A DNA stretch of 64,000 nt from Candidatus Pacebacteria bacterium GW2011_GWA1_46_10 (GTDB lineage Bacteria > Patescibacteriota > Microgenomatia > UBA1400 > PJMF01): the NCBI GenBank assembly GCA_001002135.1, contig LCLP01000002.1, forward strand, positions 2,520 to 66,519. Reading direction: 5' to 3'. Positions 39,362 to 50,616 of this stretch are shown here, piece after piece. Numbering within the stretch: position 1 is the stretch's first letter; the number at the start of each line of letters is the position of its first letter. Both the position numbers and the translations under genes were made by a program. The notes beneath the pieces were generated by a model, which saw only the letters and a program-made list of their open reading frames with translations, ran no database searches and had not been told where the DNA came from.

Positions 39362-39993
39362 AACAGTATCAATATTTACTCTTTGATTGGGATGGTTGTC
39401 TTGCTCAAACTCTGCCAATTTGGTTAGACGCCTACAAAGTAGTTTACGCAGCAGCTGGTGTTTTTCCTACCGATCAAGAAATAACCTTTCACTTTGGTGA
39501 CTGGGAAGCTCCCAAATACTATGGATTGGACGTCAAAAAAACTTTTGAAAAAATTGACGCTAGAGCACAGAAAGCGCTGGAGAAAGTAGCACTTTATGAA
39601 GGAGCTTATGATTTGCTTCATAAACTCAGGCCAATAAAAAAACTCGCCTTGCTTTCTAGCTCGGAAAAAATAACTTTAGAATATGGTTTAAAACATAATA
39701 AACTCGATAATTTCTTTGATGTTGTTATTTCCGGAGACGAGGTGCAAAATCACAAGCCTCATCCAGAAGTGATAAAAAAAGGACTGGCGGCTTTGGGTGG
39801 AAAAGAAGACATGGCAATCATGATTGGTGATTCAAGGAAAGATTTAGAGGCCGCTCAAAACGCCGGCATTGATTCTGTGCTCGTATATCCACCAGAAAAC
39901 AAAGTTTTCTATAATCTAGATGAGTTAAAAAAGTATCAACCAACGTATACTGTTTTTAGTTTTAATGAGCTGGAAAAAATACTGATACCATGA
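39358..39993 (+). CDS. HAD-family phosphatase
   Basis: FDWDGCL, KPHPE, IGDS..D. Confidence 0.9.
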   Translation: MKQYQYLLFDWDGCLAQTLPIWLDAYKVVYAAAGVFPTDQEITFHFGDWEAPKYYGLDVKKTFEKIDARAQKALEKVALYEGAYDLLHKLRPIKKLALLSSSEKITLEYGLKHNKLDNFFDVVISGDEVQNHKPHPEVIKKGLAALGGKEDMAIMIGDSRKDLEAAQNAGIDSVLVYPPENKVFYNLDELKKYQPTYTVFSFNELEKILIP

Positions 39994-41873
39994 ATAAACT
40001 ACTTCGACAGTTTGTTTACCTCCTTCTCTCATTTATTATTCTCGTTTCACCACTCGCCACTATTGTTCAACCAGTTGCCGCTCAAACAGAAACCACCAAA
40101 GCTTTCGAAAACTCCCTGACCACTACTTACACCGTTCAAGCCAACGGTGACACCCTTGTTCAACACAATTTCTCGATCAAAAACCTCACTCCGACCTATT
40201 ATGTCAGCCGACATGGCCTACGCATCAGTTCACCTAATATTAAAAGCGTCAAGGTCTCCGACAGGAGCGGTGAGATTCCCGCCGAGGTCACCCAAACCGA
40301 CAACCAAACTAATATCGGTATCACTTTCCCCAACGAAGTGGTGGGGGAAGGCAAAATTCGGCAATTCACCATTACCTATCTCAACCCTGATCTAGCACAA
40401 ATTCATGGCCGCGTTTTGGAGGTGGCCATCCCGCGGCAAGCCGACCCCACTGCGTACGATCACACTACCGTTATTTTGAACACTCCCTTAAGTTATGGTT
40501 CGCCTTCACGCGTCACACCAAACAGTAATTACAGCGCCACTTTCAAGGGCAATCAAGTCCAACTTACTTTCAGTGACTTGAACGGCAGTGGGGTGTGGGC
40601 CATCTTCGGCACCGAGCAAGTGTTTGATTTGAAATTTCGTTACTTTTTGGAAAACAATGACTCGCAACCAGTGTTGATGCAAGTGGCTCTGCCGCCGGAT
40701 ACAGCCTTTCAACGCCTGAATTATACTCAGCTTGATCCCAAACCAAAGGAAATTGAACTCGACGAGGACGGCAACTGGCTGGCCACTTTCTATCTAGGCG
40801 GCAACACTGCTCAAACAGTCACAGCATCAGCCACGGCCCTGCTGACACTGGAGCCAAATAACCTTGTTCCCATCCCATCACCACAACCTTTTCACACCCA
40901 AGCCCAACCATTTTGGGACATTAATAACAGCACCCTCCAAGCTTTGGCTAAAGAATACACTACCCCTCAGTCTATTTATGATTATGTGGTCAACACTTTG
41001 GAGTATTCTTTGCCGGAATCGACCGATCAACTGCAGCGAAAAGGTGCCGTTCAAGCTCTAAGTGCCTCGGCCCAAACCGCTTGCCAAGAGTTCTCCGATT
41101 TATTTATCGCTCTTGCCAGAGCCAATCACATTCCTTCACGCTTAGTGACCGGCTATGCCTACACCGAAAACAGTGATTTACGACCATTGAGCTTGGTGGA
41201 GGATGTTCTGCATGCTTGGCCGGAGTACTGGCAGGTCGAGAAAAATATCTGGCAACCCATCGATCCCACTTGGGAAAACACCACCGGCGGCGTTGATTAC
41301 TTCAACCAATTTGATCTTAACCACATCGTGCTGGCCATCAACGGGAAATCAAGCAGTCTGCCATATCCTGCTGGCTCTTACAAAACCGCCGAAAATTCGG
41401 AAAAAACCCTCGAAGTCACTTTCGGCACCGTTTTCCCAGTGCAAAGACCTGACATCACGGTGGTGGTTGAACCGCACCAAACCGCCGTCAGCCAACTACC
41501 AGGCTTTTATGACCTAAAACTGGAAAATATTACTGGGGCTGCTTGGTATGACGTTTCATTCGACGTCACGGCAGGTGGATCGCAAGTCAGAGTCTTTAGC
41601 TCCACCCAATTGAAAGCCCTGCTGCCATACCAAACCGTGACCATTCCGCTTTTTGTTTATAATACCCAAGGGACTTGGCCAACCAAAGATCAACTCACTA
41701 TCACGGTGAAGGTTGGTCAAGACCAAGTTCTCTCAACTGATGCCGAAATCACCAACGCACCCTACTTCACCCAATACCTCGCGCACCCATACACCCTCGC
41801 TTCCCTGGGCGCACTCTTCGTCCTCTTGGCCCTCGGCACCGGGAGTCTACTCGTTCTTCGACGCAAACGCTGA
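39990..41873 (+). CDS. exported transglutaminase-like protein with C-terminal TM anchor
   Basis: Signal peptide; ACQEFSDLF / HAWPEY / IDPTW triad; hydrophobic tail then RRKR. Confidence 0.85.
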   Translation: MNKLLRQFVYLLLSFIILVSPLATIVQPVAAQTETTKAFENSLTTTYTVQANGDTLVQHNFSIKNLTPTYYVSRHGLRISSPNIKSVKVSDRSGEIPAEVTQTDNQTNIGITFPNEVVGEGKIRQFTITYLNPDLAQIHGRVLEVAIPRQADPTAYDHTTVILNTPLSYGSPSRVTPNSNYSATFKGNQVQLTFSDLNGSGVWAIFGTEQVFDLKFRYFLENNDSQPVLMQVALPPDTAFQRLNYTQLDPKPKEIELDEDGNWLATFYLGGNTAQTVTASATALLTLEPNNLVPIPSPQPFHTQAQPFWDINNSTLQALAKEYTTPQSIYDYVVNTLEYSLPESTDQLQRKGAVQALSASAQTACQEFSDLFIALARANHIPSRLVTGYAYTENSDLRPLSLVEDVLHAWPEYWQVEKNIWQPIDPTWENTTGGVDYFNQFDLNHIVLAINGKSSSLPYPAGSYKTAENSEKTLEVTFGTVFPVQRPDITVVVEPHQTAVSQLPGFYDLKLENITGAAWYDVSFDVTAGGSQVRVFSSTQLKALLPYQTVTIPLFVYNTQGTWPTKDQLTITVKVGQDQVLSTDAEITNAPYFTQYLAHPYTLASLGALFVLLALGTGSLLVLRRKR

Positions 41874-43098
41874 AATCCTTTACGTCGGCAAGGCCAAAAA
41901 CCTCAAAAATCGCATTAAGAGTTATACCCAATATCAACAGCTTGCTCCCCGGATTAAGAAGTTAGTCACTTCAGCTAAACGAGTCAAGTTTGAAGTGCTG
42001 GACAGTGAGTTGGAAGCGCTCTTGATTGAGGCCGAGCTGGTCAGGGTTCATCAGCCATTTTTTAATATCCGTCTCAAAGATGATAAGTCACCGATTTACT
42101 TGGTGATCACTACTCATGAACAGTATCCCCGGGTCTTGCGAAAACGCAAAACCGATTTGGTCAAAGAAAAACCAACCGGCACTGTGTTAGGACCGTTTCA
42201 AAGTAGCTTTAGCTTAAACGAAGTGCTGAAAATTGCCCGCCGCATCTTTCCTTGGTGCGCTGATCCTGGCACCGGTCGACCATGCTTTTACTACCACCTT
42301 GATCTGTGTCCTGGCGCGTGTGTTGGCGAGACTACACCTGAAGACTACCGAGCCAACATTGACTCGCTGATCCTTTTTTTGCGTGGGAAAAAGAAAGCAG
42401 TGCTGCGTGATCTAACAACCAAAATGAAAACAGCGGCCGATCGACAACACTTTGAAAAGGCTCAACAGTACAAGGAAAAAATTCAACATACCCAAGAAGT
42501 GACTAAAAAACAATACCGACTCGCGCCCTCATTAGTTTTACCCGGCTTTGGCATGCGGCAAATTGAGCAAGGTTTAGTGGAACTGCAAAAAATCCTGCAA
42601 ACGTATACCAGTCTGCCAAAGGCTAAAAAACTCACCCGCATCGAAGGCTATGATGTGAGTAATATCCAAGGCAAAAATGCAGCCGTTTCTTTGGTGGTTT
42701 TCGAAAACGGGCAACCAGATAAAAAGCAATATCGACTTTTCAATATTTACACCATCGAAACAGCCAACGACTACCAGATGCTCCAAGAAGCACTCCAGCG
42801 TCGCCAAAACCACCCGGAGTGGAAAAAACCAGCTTTAGTGATGATTGATGGGGGAAAGGGACAAGTGAGGGCAGCTCTGTCCGTATGGCAATGGAGCAAT
42901 CCTATTATTGGTCTGGCCAAAAACCCTGATCGACTGATCGTGCCAACGAGTAAAGAGGGCAGAAAAATTACCTATCAAGTGCTGTCGCTGCCAGCCAGTC
43001 ATCCAGCCCTGCAACTAATCCAACGCATTCGCAATGAGTCGCACCGTTTTGCCCAACAGCAATTTCACCGCCGCCACCAGAAACAACTCCTTAAATAA
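41740..43098 (+). CDS. uvrC: excinuclease ABC subunit C (short, lacks HhH tail)
   Basis: PGVY..F, YVGKAKNL..R..SY, ALLIEA, RIEGYDVSN, IDGGKGQ, R.ESHRFA; start uncertain. Confidence 0.9.
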   Translation: MPKSPTHPTSPNTSRTHTPSLPWAHSSSSWPSAPGVYSFFDANAEILYVGKAKNLKNRIKSYTQYQQLAPRIKKLVTSAKRVKFEVLDSELEALLIEAELVRVHQPFFNIRLKDDKSPIYLVITTHEQYPRVLRKRKTDLVKEKPTGTVLGPFQSSFSLNEVLKIARRIFPWCADPGTGRPCFYYHLDLCPGACVGETTPEDYRANIDSLILFLRGKKKAVLRDLTTKMKTAADRQHFEKAQQYKEKIQHTQEVTKKQYRLAPSLVLPGFGMRQIEQGLVELQKILQTYTSLPKAKKLTRIEGYDVSNIQGKNAAVSLVVFENGQPDKKQYRLFNIYTIETANDYQMLQEALQRRQNHPEWKKPALVMIDGGKGQVRAALSVWQWSNPIIGLAKNPDRLIVPTSKEGRKITYQVLSLPASHPALQLIQRIRNESHRFAQQQFHRRHQKQLLK

Positions 43099-43115
43099 GG
43101 TACACTTATTGTGAT

Positions 43116-43478
43116 ATGAAACTGCTGCGCCCCATTATCATTACCGGCGCCAGCCTCTGGCTGCTGTCTTATTTTTTGCCCACCATTACCATTGTTGACT
43201 GGACCACGCTGCTGTTAGCCAGCATCGTGTTGGTTATCCTCAACAGCTTTATCAAACCCGTCTTAAAACTGCTGTTTCTCCCTATCAACATTGTGACACT
43301 GGGTTTTTTCTCTGTGGTCATCAATGTCGGGCTCTTGTGGTTGGCCACTTACCTTGTTCCTGGTTTCACCATTAGTAACATGGTTGTTTTCGGCTTTCAT
43401 CTCAACCAATTTTTCTCGATTTTGTTTGTTTCTATACTGATTAGTTTCATCCAATCTCTCTTTTCCTTTGTCTTGTGA
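43116..43478 (+). CDS. YvlD / phage-holin-family (4 TM) membrane protein
   Basis: LN.FIKPVL..L.LP.NIVTLG.F..VIN. Confidence 0.85.
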   Translation: MKLLRPIIITGASLWLLSYFLPTITIVDWTTLLLASIVLVILNSFIKPVLKLLFLPINIVTLGFFSVVINVGLLWLATYLVPGFTISNMVVFGFHLNQFFSILFVSILISFIQSLFSFVL

Positions 43479-43497
43479 GCCTTTATAATGAATTTTT

Positions 43498-44427
43498 ATG
43501 AAGAAATTGATAGCTGCTTTTTTGGTGGGTCTGACTGCTTTTTTGCTGGCTACTTCCCTTAGTTTCGCTCAAACTGCTGATTTACTTGAGGAAATCTTTG
43601 ATGCCTCGCCTGGCGCTGCGGCCACCGAAGAGGGGAGCCTGGCTTCCGCGTCAGCCCAAGCCGAACAGCAACTAAAAGAGAAGAAAGATCAAGATATTAC
43701 CGATACCAGCGGTACCAAAAAGGGCAAACTGGCCACATTTCTTGATGAACACCCGATTGGGTCGCTCTCTTGGTACAATCCGCTTCAGCATGCCATTCGG
43801 GAAGCTGTGGGTAATGGCCTCCCTGCCAACATTATTGTCCTGCTGCTACTGTTCCCAATGATTACCTCATTGATTGCTTTCGCCCGACACGTCATTGGTT
43901 TGAAAGGTTTTGGCGTCTTTATTCCTGCTGTGTTGTCGGTGGCTTTTGCTTCTACTGGGATTCTTACCGGCGCAGTAGTTTTTATTATTGTTTTATTGGC
44001 CACCACGATCGCCAAGCTCTCGGTGAAACGGCTCCGTTTACCTCTTTTACCGAGAACTGCCATGTTGTTGTGGGTGGTGAGTCTACTGGTGGCACTCACC
44101 CTGATTGCTTCTTCATGGTTTGGAACAGCCTCACTGTTAACCCTCAATATTTTCCCCATCCTGATCGTGATGCTTATTACCGAAAACTTCATTAGTACTC
44201 AACTATTTAACAGTCAAAAAGAAGCTCTGAGTATTACTTTTGAAACACTACTAGTGGCTGTTTTGGGTGCTTTTATCATTAATATGGAGACCATCCAACA
44301 GTTTGTCCTGTTGTATCCTGAACTCAGTCTCATTGCCGTAGCGATTATCAACATTCTCGTTGGTCGATATACCGGACTCCGATTACTGGAGAAAACCCGT
44401 TTTCAGTCCATCATTGAAGAAGAGTGA
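43498..44427 (+). CDS. 7TM domain protein (7TM_transglut-like)
   Basis: R.VIGLKGFGVF.P, LP..PR, IFPIL......E.F, GRYTGLRLLE..RF. Confidence 0.82.
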   Translation: MKKLIAAFLVGLTAFLLATSLSFAQTADLLEEIFDASPGAAATEEGSLASASAQAEQQLKEKKDQDITDTSGTKKGKLATFLDEHPIGSLSWYNPLQHAIREAVGNGLPANIIVLLLLFPMITSLIAFARHVIGLKGFGVFIPAVLSVAFASTGILTGAVVFIIVLLATTIAKLSVKRLRLPLLPRTAMLLWVVSLLVALTLIASSWFGTASLLTLNIFPILIVMLITENFISTQLFNSQKEALSITFETLLVAVLGAFIINMETIQQFVLLYPELSLIAVAIINILVGRYTGLRLLEKTRFQSIIEEE

Positions 44428-44437
44428 GGAGTGTCAC

Positions 44438-45718
44438 ATGGTCTTGGAAAAAGACATTTTGGGAATGAACGCCCGCAACCAGCTCTTCGTTCCTCTCAAC
44501 CCGCCGCGAGCCGCGGCGATTTGTAAATCAAAATATGCGACCAAGCTCCTCCTGCAAAGCAAAAACATTCCCACTGCTGAGATTTACGGGGTGTTGGGTA
44601 CTCAGGAAGACATTGATGAATTTGATTGGCACAAACTGACCAAAGACTTTGTGATCAAGCCGACCAACGGCCATGCCGGCAAGGGAGTGATTGCTTTCCG
44701 TCATCAACACGCTGACAAAGAACATTGGACCGACGTGGTCGGTAAAACGTGGAGCCTGGATGACATTAAACTGCACTCGGCTGATATTTTGGCCGGCCAA
44801 TACAGCACCCATGGCTCCAATCACAACATCATCGTCGAAGAAAGGGTGCCTATTCATCCCAAACTGCTGAAATATACGTATAAAGGTACGCCAGATACTC
44901 GCGTGATTGTTTTCAATAGTGTGCCGGTGATGGCTATGCTCCGGCTGCCAACCGAAGAATCAGAAGGCCGTGCTAACGTCAGCCAAGGGGCGATTGCAGT
45001 TGGCATTGATATTGCCACCGGCATTACTACTCACGCCGTCGCTCACAAGAATCAACCAATTCAATTTCTGCCCAATACCAAACTAAAACTCAACGGCATC
45101 CAAATTCCATTCTGGCAACAAGTTTTAAAAATCGCTGTTGAAGCGGCTCGCGCGGCTGAACTGACTTTTACCGGAGTTGACCTGTTTGTCCACAAAGAAA
45201 AAGGTCCCATGGTAGTTGAGTTGAATGCCTATCCTGGCCTCTCGATCCAGATGGCTAATCGTGAGGGATTAAAACGCCGATTGGAAAGAGTCCAAGACCT
45301 TAATGTCCTGAATGCCGACCATGGTGTGAAAATCGGACAAGCGCTCTTTGCTGAACACTTTGCTACCAAAATCGAGGCCAAAGGGGAGGTGCCAATTCTA
45401 AATACTGAAGAAACTATCACTGTGTACGGTGACAATCGCCATAAAATTGAAGCCAAAGCGCTCATTAACACTGGTCGTTTCCGCACAGCTATTGCGAGCA
45501 GTCTGGCTAAAGAGTTAGCGCTGATTGAGGTTGATGACCTGCTGTGGTTTCAACAAGTTTCCGGTGAGGGGAAACGTCCCGTCATTGAACTGAAGTTTCG
45601 TCTTAAAGGAAAAACTGTCGAGACCTCCGCTGTCGTTTCCCGAAAACTAGACAGTGCCGCGCAAAAGATTGAAGTGGGGAGAAAGGACTTGTCGGGTTTT
45701 GTGATCCGACCAGCGTAA
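44438..45718 (+). CDS. alpha-L-glutamate-ligase-like ATP-grasp protein with C-terminal inactive aspartyl-protease-like domain
   Basis: ILGMNARN, FVIKP..G..GKG, PDTRVIVF, AMLRLPT..S.GRAN..QGA, ELNA.PGL.IQ.AN; tail ALINTG. Confidence 0.85.
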   Translation: MVLEKDILGMNARNQLFVPLNPPRAAAICKSKYATKLLLQSKNIPTAEIYGVLGTQEDIDEFDWHKLTKDFVIKPTNGHAGKGVIAFRHQHADKEHWTDVVGKTWSLDDIKLHSADILAGQYSTHGSNHNIIVEERVPIHPKLLKYTYKGTPDTRVIVFNSVPVMAMLRLPTEESEGRANVSQGAIAVGIDIATGITTHAVAHKNQPIQFLPNTKLKLNGIQIPFWQQVLKIAVEAARAAELTFTGVDLFVHKEKGPMVVELNAYPGLSIQMANREGLKRRLERVQDLNVLNADHGVKIGQALFAEHFATKIEAKGEVPILNTEETITVYGDNRHKIEAKALINTGRFRTAIASSLAKELALIEVDDLLWFQQVSGEGKRPVIELKFRLKGKTVETSAVVSRKLDSAAQKIEVGRKDLSGFVIRPA

Positions 45719-45721
45719 ATC

Positions 45722-46687
45722 ATGGGACTAGTAGATGACTTAAATCCCACCAACTATCAAGAGGAAAAACAGCGTTTCCTCAACAATCCCACTTTTAACC
45801 CTCAGTTTCACTACAAACGAGAGTTTTCTCAAGAAGAACTGTCCCGCCACGGCTTTCCGGCTGATGGCTACCAACAACTGGCGCAACGCATCATTGACGC
45901 CACCTTTCAACAGTTCACTCCCCATGAGCTCCAAGCCCAAAGAGGTCGGTTGCTGACCCAAGATAAAGTGACAGCGGCCATCCAGCAGTTCCTTCAAGCC
46001 CACAGCTTAGAAAACCGTTTTCCGATTGTGTGGTCAGACAAGTTTGTCAGCCGGGCCTCAATCGACGCCCACAACACTATTCGTCTGCGCCTCCCTTGCA
46101 GTGTGTACGAAGAAGATCTGAGTGGTTTGATTTACCACGAAATCGGCACACACGTCTTGCGACGGGTAAACTACGAACAACAGCCATGGTACAAAAAGAA
46201 ACATCAGTTTGGTTTTTCTCCACACCTGAAAACAGAAGAGGGGATGGCCGTCCTACACTCGCTGTTTCCCAAAACCGAAGTCTTTGCCTATCGTCCAGCT
46301 ATCTATCACTTGGCTACGTACAAAGCTCAAGAAGGCTCATTTCTGGATGTGTGGCAATTCCTACTGCAATACTATGCCGAAGATCAGGAAACGGCTTTTA
46401 CGATCGCGGTCAAAAAAAAGCGCGGGCTGACCGATACCAGTCAGCCGGGTGGCTTTACCAAAGATCTAGTGTACTTTGAGGGCTTTGTGGATATCACTCG
46501 TTTCATGATTGCCAATCATTTTCCGCTCAAAGCACTTTACTTAGGCAAACTTTCCTGGCGAGACGTGGACCGCGCGCAGAAACTCAACCCAGATTACGAG
46601 CCGTTGCTGCCAATTTTTTACACCCGCGATCCAGCGGCGTACGAGCGGCGGGTCCGAGAGATCGCCAAAACAAACTTCCTCATTTAG
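45722..46687 (+). CDS. DUF1704 / MATCAP-like metallocarboxypeptidase
   Basis: NPQF.Y, HEIGTH..R..N, TEEGMA, KRG......GFTKD.VY..G, LY.GK. Confidence 0.8.
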   Translation: MGLVDDLNPTNYQEEKQRFLNNPTFNPQFHYKREFSQEELSRHGFPADGYQQLAQRIIDATFQQFTPHELQAQRGRLLTQDKVTAAIQQFLQAHSLENRFPIVWSDKFVSRASIDAHNTIRLRLPCSVYEEDLSGLIYHEIGTHVLRRVNYEQQPWYKKKHQFGFSPHLKTEEGMAVLHSLFPKTEVFAYRPAIYHLATYKAQEGSFLDVWQFLLQYYAEDQETAFTIAVKKKRGLTDTSQPGGFTKDLVYFEGFVDITRFMIANHFPLKALYLGKLSWRDVDRAQKLNPDYEPLLPIFYTRDPAAYERRVREIAKTNFLI

Positions 46688-46739
46688 AAACAGTCACTCC
46701 CCAGAGCACTCATTGCCAAAGCACCTATAATAGGGCTTC

Positions 46740-47816
46740 ATGAAAAGAATTGTGCTTGGACTATCTGGCGGAGTGGACTCCGCGGTCTCAGCTGTCTTAC
46801 TCAAAAAGCAAGGCTATCAAGTTGACGCTGTCTATCTTGAGTGCTGGCATGAACCGGGCTGTCGGGCTGAAGGGGATCGGCAGGACGCGCTCCAGGTCGC
46901 TCTCCAACTTGACTTGCCGTTTCAAGTGTTGAACTTCAAAAAACCCTACAGAGAAAAAGTGATGCAGTATTTCCTGGACGAATATCAAGCCGGTAGAACG
47001 CCCAACCCCGATGTGATGTGCAATAAGATCATCAAATTTGGACTCTTTTACGATTGGGCGATGAAACAGGGGTATGACGCCATCGCCACCGGCCACTATG
47101 CCAAAGCCGATGGCCAGTTTTTATACGTACCCAAAGACAAAATCAAAGATCAAACCTATTTCTTGTACCAAATTAGGCAAGAGCAATTGGCGCACGTTGT
47201 TTTCCCCTTGGCCGAGCTGACCAAACAAGCGGTTCGTCAACTCGCTCATCAAGCCAAGCTGCCGGTGGCCGACAAAAAAGATTCCGTCGGCATTTGTTTT
47301 GTGGGAGACATTAATGTTCCCAAGTTTTTGGCAGAAAATCTTGGCACCAAGCCAGGCAAGATCGTTGACGAGCATGGGAACATCCTTGGCCAACATCGCG
47401 GGTTGTGGTTCCACACCGTCGGCCAGCGCCATGGCTTTAACTACGATAAGAAAAAATACGCCCAACTCAACCCCATACTACACAAAGACGAATTGCCGGC
47501 TATGTATGTGATTGACAAAAACATCAAAGCCAACGAATTGGTCATCGGTCCCAAACAGGCCACGCGAGTGAAAACGCTTCACGTCTCCAATCTTCACTTG
47601 CTTGGTCTCACCCAAGCTGAGTTGTTCAAGCGAACGGACCTGCGGGTGCGTATCCGCCACACTGGCCAACTGACTGACTGTGAGATTAAGAAAATGGGTA
47701 ATAGGTATTCAGTCAAACTTAAACAACTAGTTGAAGGCGTTGCGTCGGGTCAATCTGCTGTGTTTTATACCTATGAAAAAGCAGGCAGATGCTTGGGGGG
47801 AGCAACCATAAATTAA
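46740..47816 (+). CDS. mnmA: tRNA U34 2-thiouridylase
   Basis: SGGVDS, GRTPNPDVMCN, ATGHYA, KDQTYFL, DSVGICF, T.GQR.G, GQSAVFY. Confidence 0.96.
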   Translation: MKRIVLGLSGGVDSAVSAVLLKKQGYQVDAVYLECWHEPGCRAEGDRQDALQVALQLDLPFQVLNFKKPYREKVMQYFLDEYQAGRTPNPDVMCNKIIKFGLFYDWAMKQGYDAIATGHYAKADGQFLYVPKDKIKDQTYFLYQIRQEQLAHVVFPLAELTKQAVRQLAHQAKLPVADKKDSVGICFVGDINVPKFLAENLGTKPGKIVDEHGNILGQHRGLWFHTVGQRHGFNYDKKKYAQLNPILHKDELPAMYVIDKNIKANELVIGPKQATRVKTLHVSNLHLLGLTQAELFKRTDLRVRIRHTGQLTDCEIKKMGNRYSVKLKQLVEGVASGQSAVFYTYEKAGRCLGGATIN

Positions 47817-47885
47817 GCTGTATAACCGTTTTTCAAATGATATACTTTGATATAAAGTAGTAAACATTTATTTAGAAAGTACTTT

Positions 47886-48050
47886 ATGATTCGTAATATT
47901 GAGCAAGAAGAACCTGAAATTAATCCTGACGAAAAAAGTAAAGCAGCAAAAAAGCGAAAGGCAGAGGCTGAGGAAGAGGACCAACAGCAGAGGAAACGGC
48001 GAACCAGGTACTGGCAAAGATACAGACGTCTAATACGAAAAATCAATTGA
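47886..48050 (+). CDS. small charged hypothetical protein (below ORF-track cutoff)
   Basis: MIRNIEQEEPEINPDEKSKAAKKRKAEAEEEDQQQRKRRTRYWQRYRRLIRKIN. Confidence 0.35.
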   Translation: MIRNIEQEEPEINPDEKSKAAKKRKAEAEEEDQQQRKRRTRYWQRYRRLIRKIN

Positions 48051-48381
48051 TCCTTCCACAACTCTCCTTTGACTTTCCTCTGGCCTTTGTTACAATACCT
48101 CCACTTCACAATTCTCGGTTCAAAAACTGAGAATTCTCGGCATTCGCAGATAAGGACTAGCGCCTTTCGCAGGGGCTCATCCTTTTTTCTGGTGAAGCGC
48201 ACTTTAACAAGTAAAGACTCAACAGCACCATCATGATTTCTGAAATAAACATGGTGGTGGAAATGCAAACAATTTGATGGATTTTATTTTGTGTAAAATC
48301 CGTTAATTCCAAATTGATAATTTGAATTGAACTTATTCAGTAAAATGAATGAGAAGGATTCAAACCTCAATAAGTTAAACT

Positions 48382-49888
<1,507 letters not shown>

Positions 49889-50018
49889 TAAGGAGTAAGG
49901 GTAGGGGATATCACGACCCCCTTTCTCCCGTCCCGAGTAATCGGGACGAAATAACAAGTCCTGTGATTTTCAATGTCCAGGCCATTTCCACTACCGTGTT
50001 TGAGTCAGAGATCTGAAC

Positions 50019-50044
50019 AAAAACCACCGCCAAGGTGGTTTTTT
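50019..50044 (+). terminator. intrinsic terminator after 16S
   Basis: AAAAACCACC-GCCAA-GGTGGTTTTTT. Confidence 0.8.
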
Positions 50045-50101
50045 GTCATTTGATAACGTCGTTTGATAGAATAGTAAGTAGTAGTGATCAAAAAAGGAAT
50101 T

Positions 50102-50269
50102 ATGGAAGCCCAAGAACACAGAGCGAAAGCTCTCGAGTCTATCCGTCAGCAAATTGCCGAAGCTAGAGCGAAAATTGTTGATCCAGTCACGCCGCAGGCA
50201 GAAAAAGAAAAACTGGCGAGTAAGGTGCAGGAGTTGCTTAGATCAGCCGATCAATATTCAGAAAAATAA
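50102..50269 (+). CDS. small helical hypothetical protein
   Basis: AAAGGA SD, amphipathic helices. Confidence 0.5.
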   Translation: MEAQEHRAKALESIRQQIAEARAKIVDPVTPQAEKEKLASKVQELLRSADQYSEK

Positions 50270-50274
50270 TTACT

Positions 50275-50460
50275 ATGACAGAACAAGTGCAGATTGGGAT
50301 GAGACTTCCCGAACAAGAAGTGAGGTACATTATAGAAGAAATTAAGCTCTTGGTAAGAAGAGTACATGAAAAGAAACTTAGCGAGAGTGAACGACAAACT
50401 CACTTGAAAAGAATTGCTTCACTCCAACGACAGCTTCAAGAAAGTGGAGTAATTAAGTAG
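50275..50460 (+). CDS. small helical hypothetical protein
   Basis: 61-aa ORF starting 5 nt after the previous stop. Confidence 0.5.
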   Translation: MTEQVQIGMRLPEQEVRYIIEEIKLLVRRVHEKKLSESERQTHLKRIASLQRQLQESGVIK

Positions 50461-50587
50461 CCTCTTTTAGCCGGCTGAAAACCGCGACAATTAATAATAT
50501 ATCAAAAGATATATAAATGTATCTATCTCTGTCAAATACCCACTAAAAACTACTTGATAAACCCGCGTTTTTCAGTTATATTGCTGT

Positions 50588-50614
50588 TTAGCACTCGTGT
50601 ATAATGATTGCTAA
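50588..50614 (+). promoter_or_regulatory. CIRCE operator (HrcA) upstream of clpB
   Basis: TTAGCACTC-N9-GATTGCTAA, 1 mismatch to consensus; TATAAT in the spacer. Confidence 0.88.
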
Positions 50615-50616
50615 TC

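Noticed and set aside
43116-43478. Prophage, suggested by the holin-family name
   Set aside because: YvlD-type proteins are ordinary chromosomal genes, and no phage or integrase genes are visible in the window
47813-48268. 151-aa minus-strand ORF
   Set aside because: No recognisable family, and its 3' half is the antisense of a more plausible plus-strand small ORF; left uncalled
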